This document shows positions 12,420 through 22,739 of a stretch of DNA of 29,435 nucleotides, in pieces. A model generated the notes under the pieces. The model was not told where the DNA came from, made no database searches, and saw only the letters and a list, made by a program, of their open reading frames with translations. The position numbers and the translations under genes were made by a program. Source of the stretch: Octopus sinensis (taxonomy: Eukaryota). How positions within the stretch are numbered: position 1 is the first letter of the stretch; each line of letters begins with the position of its first letter. The stretch is from NCBI RefSeq assembly GCF_006345805.1, contig NW_021832955.1:1-29435 (forward strand). The letters are read 5' to 3'.

Positions 12420-12773
12420 GATGCATATAGATAGATATATATATACATAGATATATAAATAGACACACACACACACACATATATATGCGTGTGTGTGTGT
12501 GTCAGAATTTAGCAAAAGTTACAGAGTGACTCAAGGTCCGAGAGTTTCGTGTCTTGGCGCTTATCAAACTATGTATATATGTGTGTGGTGTGTGGTGTGT
12601 GTGTGTGTGGTGTGTGTGTGTATGTATGTATGTACGTATTTGTATGTATATATATATATATTATAATATATATATATATATATAATATATATAATATATA
12701 TAAATATAGTATATATTATTTGTATATTTATATTATTATATGATCGAACGCCGCGCATCCTTTTCAAGTAAGT

Positions 12774-12835
<62 letters not shown>

Positions 12836-12845
12836 CTCTCTCTCC

Positions 12846-12876
<31 letters not shown>

Positions 12877-12886
12877 CACACATATA

Positions 12887-12920
<34 letters not shown>

Positions 12921-12970
12921 CATATATATATACATATATATATATACATATATATACATACATATATATA
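12420..12970. repeat. Microsatellite cluster (GATA, CA, TG, TA, TATC, TC)
   Basis: Directly visible blocks separated by short unique spacers. Confidence 0.9.
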
Positions 12971-13320
12971 TATACGCAAGTTCAACTACAGACATGCACA
13001 CGGACAGACGCACACAAAAGCATGCACTCTTATACACATGAATATATATATATACACAGATACATAGCATACATACGTACGTACGTACGTACGTACATAC
13101 ATACATATATATATATATATATGTATGTACGTACGTATGTATGTATGTATGTATGTATGTATGTATGTATGCATGCATGCATGCATGTATGCATGTATGT
13201 ATGTATGCATGCATGTATATATGTTATGTATCTGTGTATATGTATATATCCATGTGTATAAGAGTGTATGCTTTTGTGTGCGTCTGTCCGTGTGCATGTC
13301 TGTATGTGAGCTTGCGTATA
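12971..13320. repeat. Inverted duplication (quasi-palindrome), arms about 105 bp, centred on (TA)n near 13113
   Basis: TATACGCAAGTTCAACTACAGACATGCACACGGACAGACGCACACAAAAGCATGCACTCTTATACACATG (from 12971) is the near reverse complement of the sequence ending at 13320. Confidence 0.9.
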
Positions 13321-13775
13321 AGTGTGTGTGTGCGCAAGTATGTATGTAATTTGTGAACGATCGTTTGTTTTAGAAAAGAAAATAACTCTATCCTTCACAT
13401 TTGCGTATGCACGCTGAGACATAGACACTTACTAACCTGCACATGTATATGTACTGATAATTAAAGTAAACAAAATCAAATAGTTTACTTTTTGTTTCTT
13501 CTCGACACAACACACTCGCAGCGTCTGTGTTGTCAAACTTTTGAATGTTTAAATTCAATTTGAAGGGAAATAACTCTTTCGCTTTAACAGTGTGGGTATG
13601 AGTATTTATGTACATAACTTTAAAAGATAATGGTTACTATTCTAAATTTTATATAAGCAAAATTCAATGGTGTTTATTTCTGTATAGAAACTTCAACCAA
13701 TATTTCAAGTGACATCTCATAAACGTAACACATAGAAAATAATCGCAATGAGGATTCTGAAAGTTTTTAAGAAAT

Positions 13776-13780
13776 CGTGT

Positions 13781-13822
<42 letters not shown>

Positions 13823-13956
13823 GCGTATGCATGTATGTGCGTGTGCGCGTGTGTGCATGTGTGTGCGTGCGTGTGTGTGTGTGCGTGTTTTATATTAAAA
13901 TATATATATAATATTATATATACTTATATATATATATTATATATATATATATATAT
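13776..13956. repeat. (TG)n then (TA)n microsatellite
   Basis: Directly visible. Confidence 0.95.
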
Positions 13957-14429
13957 TCTAGGTAAACAGTATAATTACAGTGACAAGAACATGTGAGACG
14001 ACACAAGAACCACAGGACGGGACATTCGATCATCATCATGGACGCCGATCATCTTAGCAATTTCGGTGATTAATCTTGAGATTGCACGATATGGCCAGCC
14101 AGCCAGGGAAATCTAAGCGCGCATAGATCCCCTGGAAAGAAAGCTTCGAATATACAACTAGGACGGAAAAACTACGAAGTATAACAAAAATACAGATACG
14201 TATAGAATACAAACGTACAATATAAAAATATATACAACAAAACAAAACCAGGACGTACATCTTCGACAGGACGAGTTGAGTATCTTGTGAAGTCCTATAT
14301 AATACGAACAAATACGTGTGCTTCTGCGGCTGCTGAAAACGAAAAGAGCGCTCACGGCGAGCTGTCACGTGAGAACAGAGACAGGAAAAGGACTGAAAAG
14401 AGAGAGAAGTGGCGAGGGAGATAAATAGA

Positions 14430-14832
14430 TAGGGTGGCTTGTGGTAAGTAGCCTGCTTACCAACCACATGGTTCCGGTTCAGTCCCACTGCGTGGCATCT
14501 TGGGCAAGTGTCTTCTGCTATAGCCTCGGGCCGACCATGCCTTGTTAGTGGATTTGGTAGACGGAAACTGAAAGAAGCCTGTCGTATATATGTATATAAT
14601 ATGTGTGTGTGTGTATGTTTTGTGTGTCTGTGGTTTGTCCCCCGAGCATTGCTTGACAACCGATGCTAGTGTGTTTACGTGGTCCCCGTTACTTAGTCGG
14701 TTCGGGCAAAGAACCGATAATAAGTACTGGGCTTACAAAGAATAATCCTGGGGGCGATTTGCTCGACTAAAGGCGGTGCTCCAGCATGCTCCGCAGTCAA
14801 ATGACTGAAACAAGTAAAAGAGAAAAAGAGAG
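14430..14832 (+). mobile_element. tRNA-derived SINE family B, near full length
   Basis: Aligns with the other family B copies, with several small indels. Confidence 0.88.
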
Positions 14833-14836
14833 ATAT

Positions 14837-15220
14837 AGCGTAGGAGTGCCTGTTTGGTAAGTGCTTGCTTATGAACCACATGGTTCCGGTTTCAGTCCCA
14901 CTGCGTGGCACACTTCGGCAAGTGTCTCTACTATAGCCTCGGCCGACCAAAGCCTTGTGAGACGGAAACTGATATATATATATATATATATATCTATATA
15001 GATATATATAATATATAGATATGTATGTGTATGTTTGTATATACACACAAACACAGATACACAGACACACACATACATGTATCTGTGTTTGTCGTTCACC
15101 ACTGCCTCACAACCGGTGTTTTTTTTTTATTATGTCTCCGTAACCTACGATTGATGGAGTAAGTACCAGGCTTAAAAAAAAACATCCAGGGGTCGATTCA
15201 TTCGACTGAAAATCCTTCGA
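14837..15220 (+). mobile_element. SINE family B, tandem second copy with expanded internal (TA)n and diverged 3' half
   Basis: Head AGCGTAGGAGTGCCTGTTTGGTAAG starts just after the previous copy's tail. 3' remnant GAGTAAGTACCAGGCTT...GGGGTCGATTCATTCGACT. Confidence 0.75.
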
Positions 15221-15507
15221 CACCTCAAGTTCATTTTGAAGTTACATAATCATTGTTTATATTTGTCACAGCATATTGAACGGATTATCTACTCCACCTA
15301 TTATCGAAACCATCGCAACCGTCTAATAAATGCGTTATCAACGTATTCCATTCCTTTATTTGTTTTATGTTATACTCTGTAAGTGATGAAATTCCTGGAT
15401 GTTCAGGTTTAGTGAAACACTTTGGATTGTTTTCCCTTCTGTAAATCCAGTTAGCTAGGAATTTGTATAAAGTTGGAAAGAACGTCAAGTTGTGCTTATG
15501 ACATGAT

Positions 15508-15831
15508 TGGTGAGGGCGCGTGGCTTAGTGGTTAGGGCATTCGGCTCATGATTGTTGTGAGTTCGATTCCCGGCGACGCGTTGTGTCCTTGAGCAAGACA
15601 TTTTATTTCACGTTGCTCCAGTCAACTCAGCTGGCAAAAATGAGTAGTACCTGTATTTCAAAAAAGGGCCAGCCTTGTCACACTCTGTGTCACGCTGAAT
15701 CTCTTTGCGAACTGCGTTAAGGGTACACGTGTCTGCGGAGTGCTCAGCCACTTGCACGTTAATTTCACGAGCAAGCTGTTCCGTTGATCGTATCAGCTGG
15801 GACCCTCGTCGTCGTAACCGACGGAGTGTTC
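15508..15831 (+). mobile_element. tRNA-derived SINE, head D + tail X
   Basis: A box TGGCTTAGTGG, B box GAGTTCGATTCCC, then TTGTGTCCTTGAGCAAGACA. The 3' part matches tail X of the 9290 and 10062 copies. 13-bp TSD CTTATGACATGAT at 15495-15507 and 15832-15844. Confidence 0.92.
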
Positions 15832-15998
15832 CTTATGACATGATCACTTTGAGGGTTCTTTCCAATACAGTAAAACAGGCATTAAATTTTTTTTTACATC
15901 CTGTTTTTTTTTTCTTTTTTCCTTTTTCTTTTTCTTTGCAGATTACTTTATGCGTGAGTGGTTAACCTTGTATTGTTTTTTACCCTTTTAAAATAAGC

Positions 15999-16777
15999 TT
16001 GGATGAGACATATATCAGACACTGGTTGCTCTATGAATTCAAAACGGATTCTTCAGCGGGAAGAAGCAGGAAACAATATTTGTTCTGCCTATGAATATGA
16101 AGATTTAAGAGTCTATACATTCCAACGATTGTTTGACTAGTTTCACTCAGGAAATTTTTCTCTTACAGATTTCTCTCGATTTGGAAAACCAAAGTTGAGG
16201 AAAATCCAAAGCAAACTGCACGAATTAGCGAATCAGTTCAATTCAAGACACCCTAGTTCAATTCAAGACACACTTCGATCATAACCTGGAAGAAGTGTCT
16301 AAATATAGTCGTTGAATGCCTAATCATCTAACTGATACCCGGCTTAATCAAAGAGTTACCCTCTGTTCTGTATTGAAGGGTAGACTTGCTACCAAAACTT
16401 TCTTGGTTAGGATCATCACAAATGATAAAAAGTGGGTTCTCTCTAATCATATCCAAAAGAAACAACAATGGTTACCTCCACCCAATGAAAAAGGAGAGTC
16501 CATCCCCCAAACCAGGACCACATTCGAAAATAGATGTGTTCCGTATTTGCTGAGATATAAAAGGTGTCATTTATCAAGAAGTGTTAAACCAAAACAAAAC
16601 CGTTAATGCAAAGAAATATTGTCGTCGGCACAAAAATTTCAGAAATAGCACCCGTCATTGGTCAGTCGTAAAGAGTTGTCACTCTTACGTGATAATGCAA
16701 GAATACGTATTGCACAGGTCACTCGGGTAAAGATTATGGCATTAATACAGTAGTTTTGGCCTCATCCTCATTACTCA
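15999..16777 (+). pseudogene. Mariner (DD34D-type) transposase remnant, frameshifted and 3'-truncated
   Basis: Pieced translation: DETYIRHWLLYEFK..EEAGNNICSAY..FQRLFD*FHSGNFSLTDFSRFGKP (HTH); R*MPNHL (WVPHEL); RIITNDKKWVL (TGDEKW); PKPGPHSK..DIKGVIYQEVLNQNKTVNAKKYC; LLRDNAR (HDNAR); PHPHYS (PHPPYSPDLAP, cut before the third catalytic Asp). Confidence 0.88.
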
Positions 16778-16817
16778 CTGAGATACCCGGCGTTGTTCGG
16801 AATTAAAATGGCATAGT

Positions 16818-16885
16818 CTTTTTTATTTTTTTACTTGCTTCAGTCATTTGACTGTAGCCATGCTGGAGCACCGCCTTTAGTCGAA
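16818..16885 (-). mobile_element. SINE family B 3'-tail fragment
   Basis: TTACTTGCTTCAGTCATTTGACTGTAGCCATGCTGGAGCACCGCCTTTAGTCGA is the reverse complement of the family B 3' end. Confidence 0.85.
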
Positions 16886-16934
16886 CAGAAAAAAAGAAAG
16901 AAAGAAAGAAAGAAAGAAGGAATGGAAGGAAGGA

Positions 16935-16970
<36 letters not shown>

Positions 16971-17227
16971 GAGAAAGAAAGAGGGAGGGAGGAAAGAAAG
17001 AAAGTGGGAGGGAGGAGAGAAGAAAGAAAGAAAGAAAGAAAGAAAGAGAGAGGGAGAAAACAAAGAAAGAAAGAAAGAAAGAAAGAAAGAAGTAAGGAAG
17101 GACGGAAGGAAGGAAAGAAGGAACGAGCGAATGAACGAAAGAAAGGAAAATAGGGAGGGGAGAAAGAAAGAAAGAAAGAAGGAGAGAAGGAAGAAAGGAA
17201 AGAAAGAAAGAAAGAAAGAAAGACAAA

Positions 17228-17271
<44 letters not shown>

Positions 17272-17773
17272 GAGAGGGAGAAAACAAAGAAAGAAAGAAA
17301 GAAAGAAAAGAAAGAAGTAAGGAAGGACGGAAGGAAGGAAAGAAGGAACGAGCGAATGAACGAAAGAAAGGAAAATAGGGAGGGGAGAAAGAAAGAAAGA
17401 AGGAGAGAAGGAAGAAAGGAAAGAAAGAAAGAAAGACATAAAGAAAGAAAGACAAAGAAAGAAAGGAAGAAAGAAAAAAGAGAAAGAAAGAAAGAGAGAG
17501 GGAGGGAGAAAACAAAGAAGAAAGAAAGAAAGAAAGAAGTAAGGAAGGACGGAAGGAAGGAAAGAAGGAACGAGCGAATGAACGAAAGAAAGGAAAATAG
17601 GGAGGGAGAAAGAAAGAGAAGAAAGAAGGAGAGAGGAGAAAGAAAGGGGAAAGAAAGGAAAGAAGAAAGAAAGAGAGAAAGAAAGAAAGAAAGAAAGAAA
17701 GAAGAAAGAAAGAAAGAAAGAAAGAAAGACATAAAGAAAGAAAGAAAGAAAGAAAGAAGGCAGGCAGAAAGGA

Positions 17774-17817
<44 letters not shown>

Positions 17818-17862
17818 AGGCAGAAAGGAAGGAAGGAAAGAAAGAAAGAAGGAAGGAAGACA
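16886..17862. repeat. (AAAG)n/(GGAA)n purine tract with three higher-order repeats of about 223 bp
   Basis: Marker AGTAAGGAAGGACGGAAGGAAGGAAAGAAGGAACGAGCGAATGAACG recurs at 17091, 17316 and 17538. Confidence 0.95.
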
Positions 17863-18171
17863 TAGACTGAAAGACAGGAACTATTACAGAGGGTGAAAGT
17901 GAATATATGGAAGCAAAAGAAACAGAGAACGAGAAAAGAAGAGAATCGGTTGAAAACTACAGTTTTTAGAGAAAAACCTGTGTAAAACACATTTTTTCCC
18001 GATTTCTCGCTATACGCGGGAGCTCTGGGCAAAAAATTATAGTGAATGACCATCCTTGGCACATAAGTAATGTGAGTGTAAAGTTTGGAGAAAATCGGTT
18101 GAAAATTGTAGAAATGTATGCATATTACACACACAGACAAACATAGAGACATCCTTTGTTTTATATATATA

Positions 18172-18370
18172 CTAGCAGAGATACCCGGCGTTGCCCGTGT
18201 TACATACAATTGAAGAATTAGACTTTTCTGTTATATTTTCTCTAATGAACTGGAATATCTATGTTTCGAATTTTATCAAAATTGCAGATGAGGGATATTT
18301 CCCTCTTTACACACCCTAAAAAAATTGTAATCGTGCCACATTTATCCCAAACTACTGATTTTTATGCGCA
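18172..18370 (-). mobile_element. Helitron-like 3' end (hairpin + CTAG) abutting the next element's 5' end
   Basis: Minus strand reads ...CACGGGCAACGCCGGGTATCTCTGCTAG|TATATATATAAAA: a GC hairpin about 10 nt before a CTRR terminus. The far boundary (18370) is uncertain. Confidence 0.6.
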
Positions 18371-19472
18371 TATTCAAAAATTCCAGTCTTATTGAACCTG
18401 TTAAAAAGATTTTGCTCCTGAAAAATGAAGGTCATGGAGCTCTAAAATGTGAGAGTTAAGGCCCCTATTGTGGGTGGGCATCTTAATGTCAACCAGCGAA
18501 GTTGAATTGTTGAGAATCTTTTTAACTTGGGTCTTATATCTATTGTTTGAATTTCTTTGAAATAGGAAATATATGTTCACTGGGTTTGTAAAAGAGAGCA
18601 AAGCTACAGGAAACCAAAAGACGAATGATCACAAGCAGTCAGTTACCCCACCGTAGTCGTTACCACACCCAATGTAGGATTCCTTACCATCCAGGTGACA
18701 GGCACAGCCGTAAGATGCATTACGAATCTATAGCAATAGAAAGGGCGTGACCCAACTGAAATAAACATTAACAACTGTGTGACGTGAGAGCTAAGGAGAA
18801 ATGAAAGTTGGAGTTTGCAAATGACCACTATACTGATACGTAACTGGACAGAATGAATTTAAAATCTATAAATGTCTTTAAATAACCAATCACTCATCTG
18901 GGAAGGCCTTGAAATCAATGTTACCATCTGGGGGACTATGTGTGACCGAGTGATAATAAAAAGACTGAAAGGAGGTCTGCAATCAAATAACTTTACTCAA
19001 CACTTTGCAACTGAATCAGTGGAGGCAAAGATGCTTCTCATTTACTTGACAATTTATGCACCACATTGCAGAAATCACAATGTAAGTGTATGTCAAAGCA
19101 AACTGTTACACTGTTGTACCATTGAATTTGAAATAATGCTCAACTTTTATGCTCGGATAACCGTACAGCTTCCAAGAGCACAACTGTATTCGCTTTTGCT
19201 TTGATAAAATGATAAAATTGTGGGTGTTAATTCCCCATGGAGGGGATCTTTATAACTTGTAAGAAGATGAAATTTTATAAGTATTACTTCATTTGTGTCT
19301 AAAATATATAGTTAAAATGTCCTCAACAGCAAAAATATATGAATTGTCATGGGGGTTATGGCCCTTATGCATAGAATATAATTTCCATTCAGTACTTTTA
19401 ACCTAGTTTTGGATCATAAAACAAATGACAAAAATTTGGGAGTTAAGGCTTCCATTAGGGTGTTTTATAGAC

Positions 19473-19570
<98 letters not shown>
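19473..19570. repeat. Perfect (AGAT)n tetranucleotide repeat
   Basis: Directly visible. Confidence 0.97.
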
Positions 19571-19571
<1 letters not shown>

Positions 19572-19600
19572 ATACACACACACACACATACACACACATA

Positions 19601-19862
19601 CAAAGATAAATTGATAGATACAACTGATTGGGCAAACAAAAATATAAACACAGTCTAGTACTTTTTTTATGTTGATAAGCCTGGTACTTATTCTATTAGT
19701 TTGTTCTTGTGAAGCCAGGAAGTTAAGTGGATGTAAATAAATGAACAGCAGTTGTAAAGCAGTGATGAGGGCGAAACACAGAGACAAAGACACACACATA
19801 CACTTACATATATACATACATATATATGCGATTAATTTGTTTCACTTCCTGTCTACGAAATC
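19601..19862 (-). mobile_element. Diverged SINE family B 3' half plus flank, locally duplicated at 22680-22937
   Basis: Contains CCTGGTACTTATTCTATTAG...GGATGTAAATAAATGAACAGCAGTTGT and ends at GTCTACGAAATC, next to the RTE tail. Confidence 0.7.
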
Positions 19863-19870
19863 TATATATA

Positions 19871-22228
19871 TTGTTGTTGGCATCCTTTTTGTCTCGGGAG
19901 ACAATGGAGTTGCGCATAAAATAATTTAGTCCGGCTTTTACATTTCATGTCCTAATACATCTCCTGCTATGGCTGTGTAGTCCTCTCCTGGAAAACACTC
20001 CCTCTAGCAGGTGCCGCAAATGTAGCGAAGACTTTGCCTGGCTGGTTGTTATGTCATACTTTCTTGTTGACGTCTTTTCTTGTCTTTCCATTTCTCCTCT
20101 CTCTCTATGTCACTCTTTGTGATCCTTCTTTTACGGTACGTCGCCAATCTCCATGGTTGCTGGCAACTGCTTCCCAGTTGGTAATATTGATGTTGCAGGC
20201 ATTCATGTCCCTTTTGCAAACATCCTTGTATCGTAAGAATGGTCTTCCTCCAGACCTAGTGCCCAAGCAAGCTCTCCGTAGAGTATGTCCTTGGGGATTC
20301 TGCCATCTTCCAAACGGCTAACATGTCCAAGCCATCTCATACGTCTTTGTGTGAGGAGAGCTAAGATAGGTAAACTTCACCTCCTATAGTCTGTGGTCCC
20401 AATATGTATGTTTGGGATGTCCGATGTAGCCTGACCCATGATGTTGGTCTTCTTGAGGCTGATAACTAAGCCAAAGTCGCTACATGATTGCTCAAAACAG
20501 TTGATGAACCTTTGTAGGGCTTCTTCTGTGTGTGATACCAGAGCGGCATCATTAGCAAATAGCACCTCCTTGATCAGGACGCTTCTGATTTTGGTCTTGA
20601 CACGCAGACGCGAGAGATTGAACAGTTTCCCGTCACTTCTACTGTGCAGAAACACTCCATCATCTGATTCTGAAAGGCATGTGACAGCAGCAGCGAGAAG
20701 AAGATGCCAAATAATGTAGGAGCGAGGGCACAACCTTGCTTTATCCCGTTTTTTATATGGAAGGCGGCTGATGTTGAACCATTGTACTGTATGGTGCCTT
20801 GCATATCATCATGGAAATATTTGATGATCCTCAGCAGCTTTGGTGGACATCCGATCTTTTGGAGCAGGATGAAGAGGCCTTTTCTACTTACCAAGTCAAA
20901 GGCCTTTGTCAGATCAATGAAGGCCATATATAACGGCATTTTCTGCTCTCTGGACTTCTCCTGAAGTTGGCGTATGGAGAATATCATGTCAATAGTTGAT
21001 CTGCTTCTTCTAAAGCCACACTGCGATTCTGGATAAATTCGAGAAGCAGGCAGTTGTAGCCTGGACAGGATAACGCGTGCAAAGGCCTTTCCAACAGTGC
21101 TTAGAAGAGATATTCCACGGTAATTGTTACAATCACCACGTTCACCTTTGTTTTTGTAAAGCGTAATGATGTTAGCATCCTGCATATCCTGAGGGACTGT
21201 ACCTTCTCCCCAGCACTGACACAGAAGCTCATGAAGGTGCCGAAGCAGGATAGTGTTTTTGCCAGTTTTGATGATCTCTAACGGGATGACGTCTTTTCCC
21301 GGAGCCTTGTTATTTGCTAGGGAGTCAATAGCCTTGGTGAGCTCTGCTATAGATGGCAGATTGTCAAGTTCACATATGACTGGCAATATCTTGACACCCT
21401 CGATTGCAGCCTCCGCTGCCGTGGTCTCCCGTGAGTAGAGATCCTGGTAGTACTCCACCCATGTATCCATTTGCTTGCTTTGGTCCTTGATGAGATCTCC
21501 AGTAGTTGATTTTAGAGGGGCTGACTTGGTTGCAGATGGACCGAGGGCTTTCTTCAAACCGGCATACATCCCACAGGTGTCGCCACTGTCAGCAGCTGAC
21601 TAGATACTCTGACAGATTTCCTGCCAATACCTATTTGCACAGCGTCTGGCAATCACTTGGGTTTTATTTCTTGCCTTTCCGAGTTCTTCGATTGACTTTG
21701 TAGAAGAATCACTCTTGTATTGCATCAGAGCTACACGCTTTGCTTCGATAACTTTTTCCAGCTCTGAGAGCCCAGCACTGAACCAATCTGGGTTTTGCCT
21801 TTCTCTCATGCCGAAAGTATCTATTGATGTGGTATACAAAGCTTCCCTGATATAATTCCAACTACTTTCAGCAGAGGTGGTTGGGCAGCTACTGAGGGCA
21901 ACTTTGATAGAAACAGCAAAACATTGTCGCAGTGTAGGGTCCGAGGTTCTGGCAGTGTTAATGCGTGGTCGGCCAATTTTCTTGGAGTGATGGACTTTCT
22001 TAGGCAGAATCCTCACCCTGCTTCTTATTAGTGAATGACGTATGTCACAATCCACACTGTGGTAACTACGGGTCAGTTGAACAGAATTCAAAAAGGATCT
22101 TCGTATAATGAAGAGATCCAGCTGATGCTAGTGGTGGGATCTTGGATGTCTCCAAGATGCCTTGTGGGATGTCTTGTTGGCAAAGAATGTGTTGGTGATG
22201 CACGGGTTATGGTATGTGCAAAATTCAA

Positions 22229-22229
<1 letters not shown>
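19871..22229 (-). mobile_element. RTE-clade (BovB-like) LINE, 5'-truncated and inactivated
   Basis: Endonuclease end LEFCTYHNPCITNTFF..SWRHPRSHH*HQLDL..TRSYHSVDCD. RT motifs APGKDVIP, YKNKGERGDCNNYRGISLLS, ESQCGFR, AFIDLTKAFDLVSR, GIKQGCALAPTLF, LFAND. Then RRMRWLGHV..GRIPKDILYGEL and a C-terminal CGTC..GLHSHSRRC finger (19957-20018). 3' UTR CGCAACTCCATTGTCTCCCGAGAC..GGATGCC and (CAA)n tail. Confidence 0.95.
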
Positions 22230-22327
<98 letters not shown>

Positions 22328-22336
22328 GTATATACA
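22230..22336. repeat. (TA)n microsatellite at the RTE 5' truncation point
   Basis: Directly visible. Confidence 0.95.
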
Positions 22337-22337
22337 C

Positions 22338-22650
22338 GTGGAGGCGCAATGGCCCAGTGGTTAGGGCAGATGACTCGCGGTCGTAGGATCGCGGTTTCGA
22401 TTCCCAGACCGGGCGTTGTGAGTGTTTATTGAGCGAAGACATCTAAAATTCGACGAGGCTCCGGCAGCGGTTGGTGGCGATCCCGGCTGTACTCTTTCGC
22501 CACAACTTTCTCTCACTCTTTCTTCTGTTGGCCTGCTCGCTTAGCCAGCGGGGTGCCGTCATTTGAAGGCTAAAACAATGTGAAACGCATTGTGACCAGC
22601 GATGTGTAGCAACATCTGATAGCCTGGTCGGTCACGATGATGATGATGAT
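22338..22650 (+). mobile_element. tRNA-derived SINE, head C + tail Y, with (GAT)n tail
   Basis: The first ~185 bp match 10062-10250. The sequence then switches to GTTGGCCTGCTCGCTTAGCCAGCGGGGTG...CTGATAGCCTGGTCGGTCAC(GAT)n. Confidence 0.9.
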
Positions 22651-22739
22651 ATGTATACACACACGCACACATACACACACAAAGATAAATTGATAGATAC
22701 AACTGAGTGGGCAAACAAAAATATGAGACACTGTGTAGT

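Larger units (their letters stand above)
16778..18171 (-). mobile_element. Non-autonomous Helitron-like element carrying a SINE fragment and a 1-kb purine/pyrimidine tract
   Basis: The minus-strand 5' end reads TATATATATAAAACAAAGGATGTCTCTATGTTTGTCTGT...CAACCGATTTTCTCCAAACTTTACAC. The 3' end reads CCGAACAACGCCGGGTATCTCAG|T, a 4-nt-deleted version of the CTAG end at 18172-18200. No TSD seen. Confidence 0.62.

Noticed and set aside
93-14070. Numerous YI/HT/VC/poly-I/poly-L/poly-V ORFs
   Set aside because: All are microsatellite translations with no coding signal.
13981-14425. CpG-richer island ending in ...TGTCA on the minus strand, considered as a solo LTR
   Set aside because: No second copy, PBS, PPT or TSD visible. 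Probably a repeat, but unclassifiable by eye.
11426-14832. Apparent symmetry of B(-) and B(+) copies around the 13113 palindrome centre, suggesting a 3.4-kb inverted duplication
   Set aside because: Sequences between the palindrome arms and the SINEs (12420-12970 versus 13320-13960) do not match; the spacing is likely coincidental.
16803-18209. 468-aa, 328-aa, 244-aa and 199-aa ORFs
   Set aside because: Translations of the (AAAG)n tract (SFFL or KKER repeats); stop-free only because of base composition.
18872-19204. 110-aa non-repetitive plus-strand ORF
   Set aside because: No recognisable domain or supporting signals; the length is within chance expectation.
20034-21703. Plus-strand ORFs within the RTE element
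   Set aside because: Antisense to the RT frame; no independent evidence.
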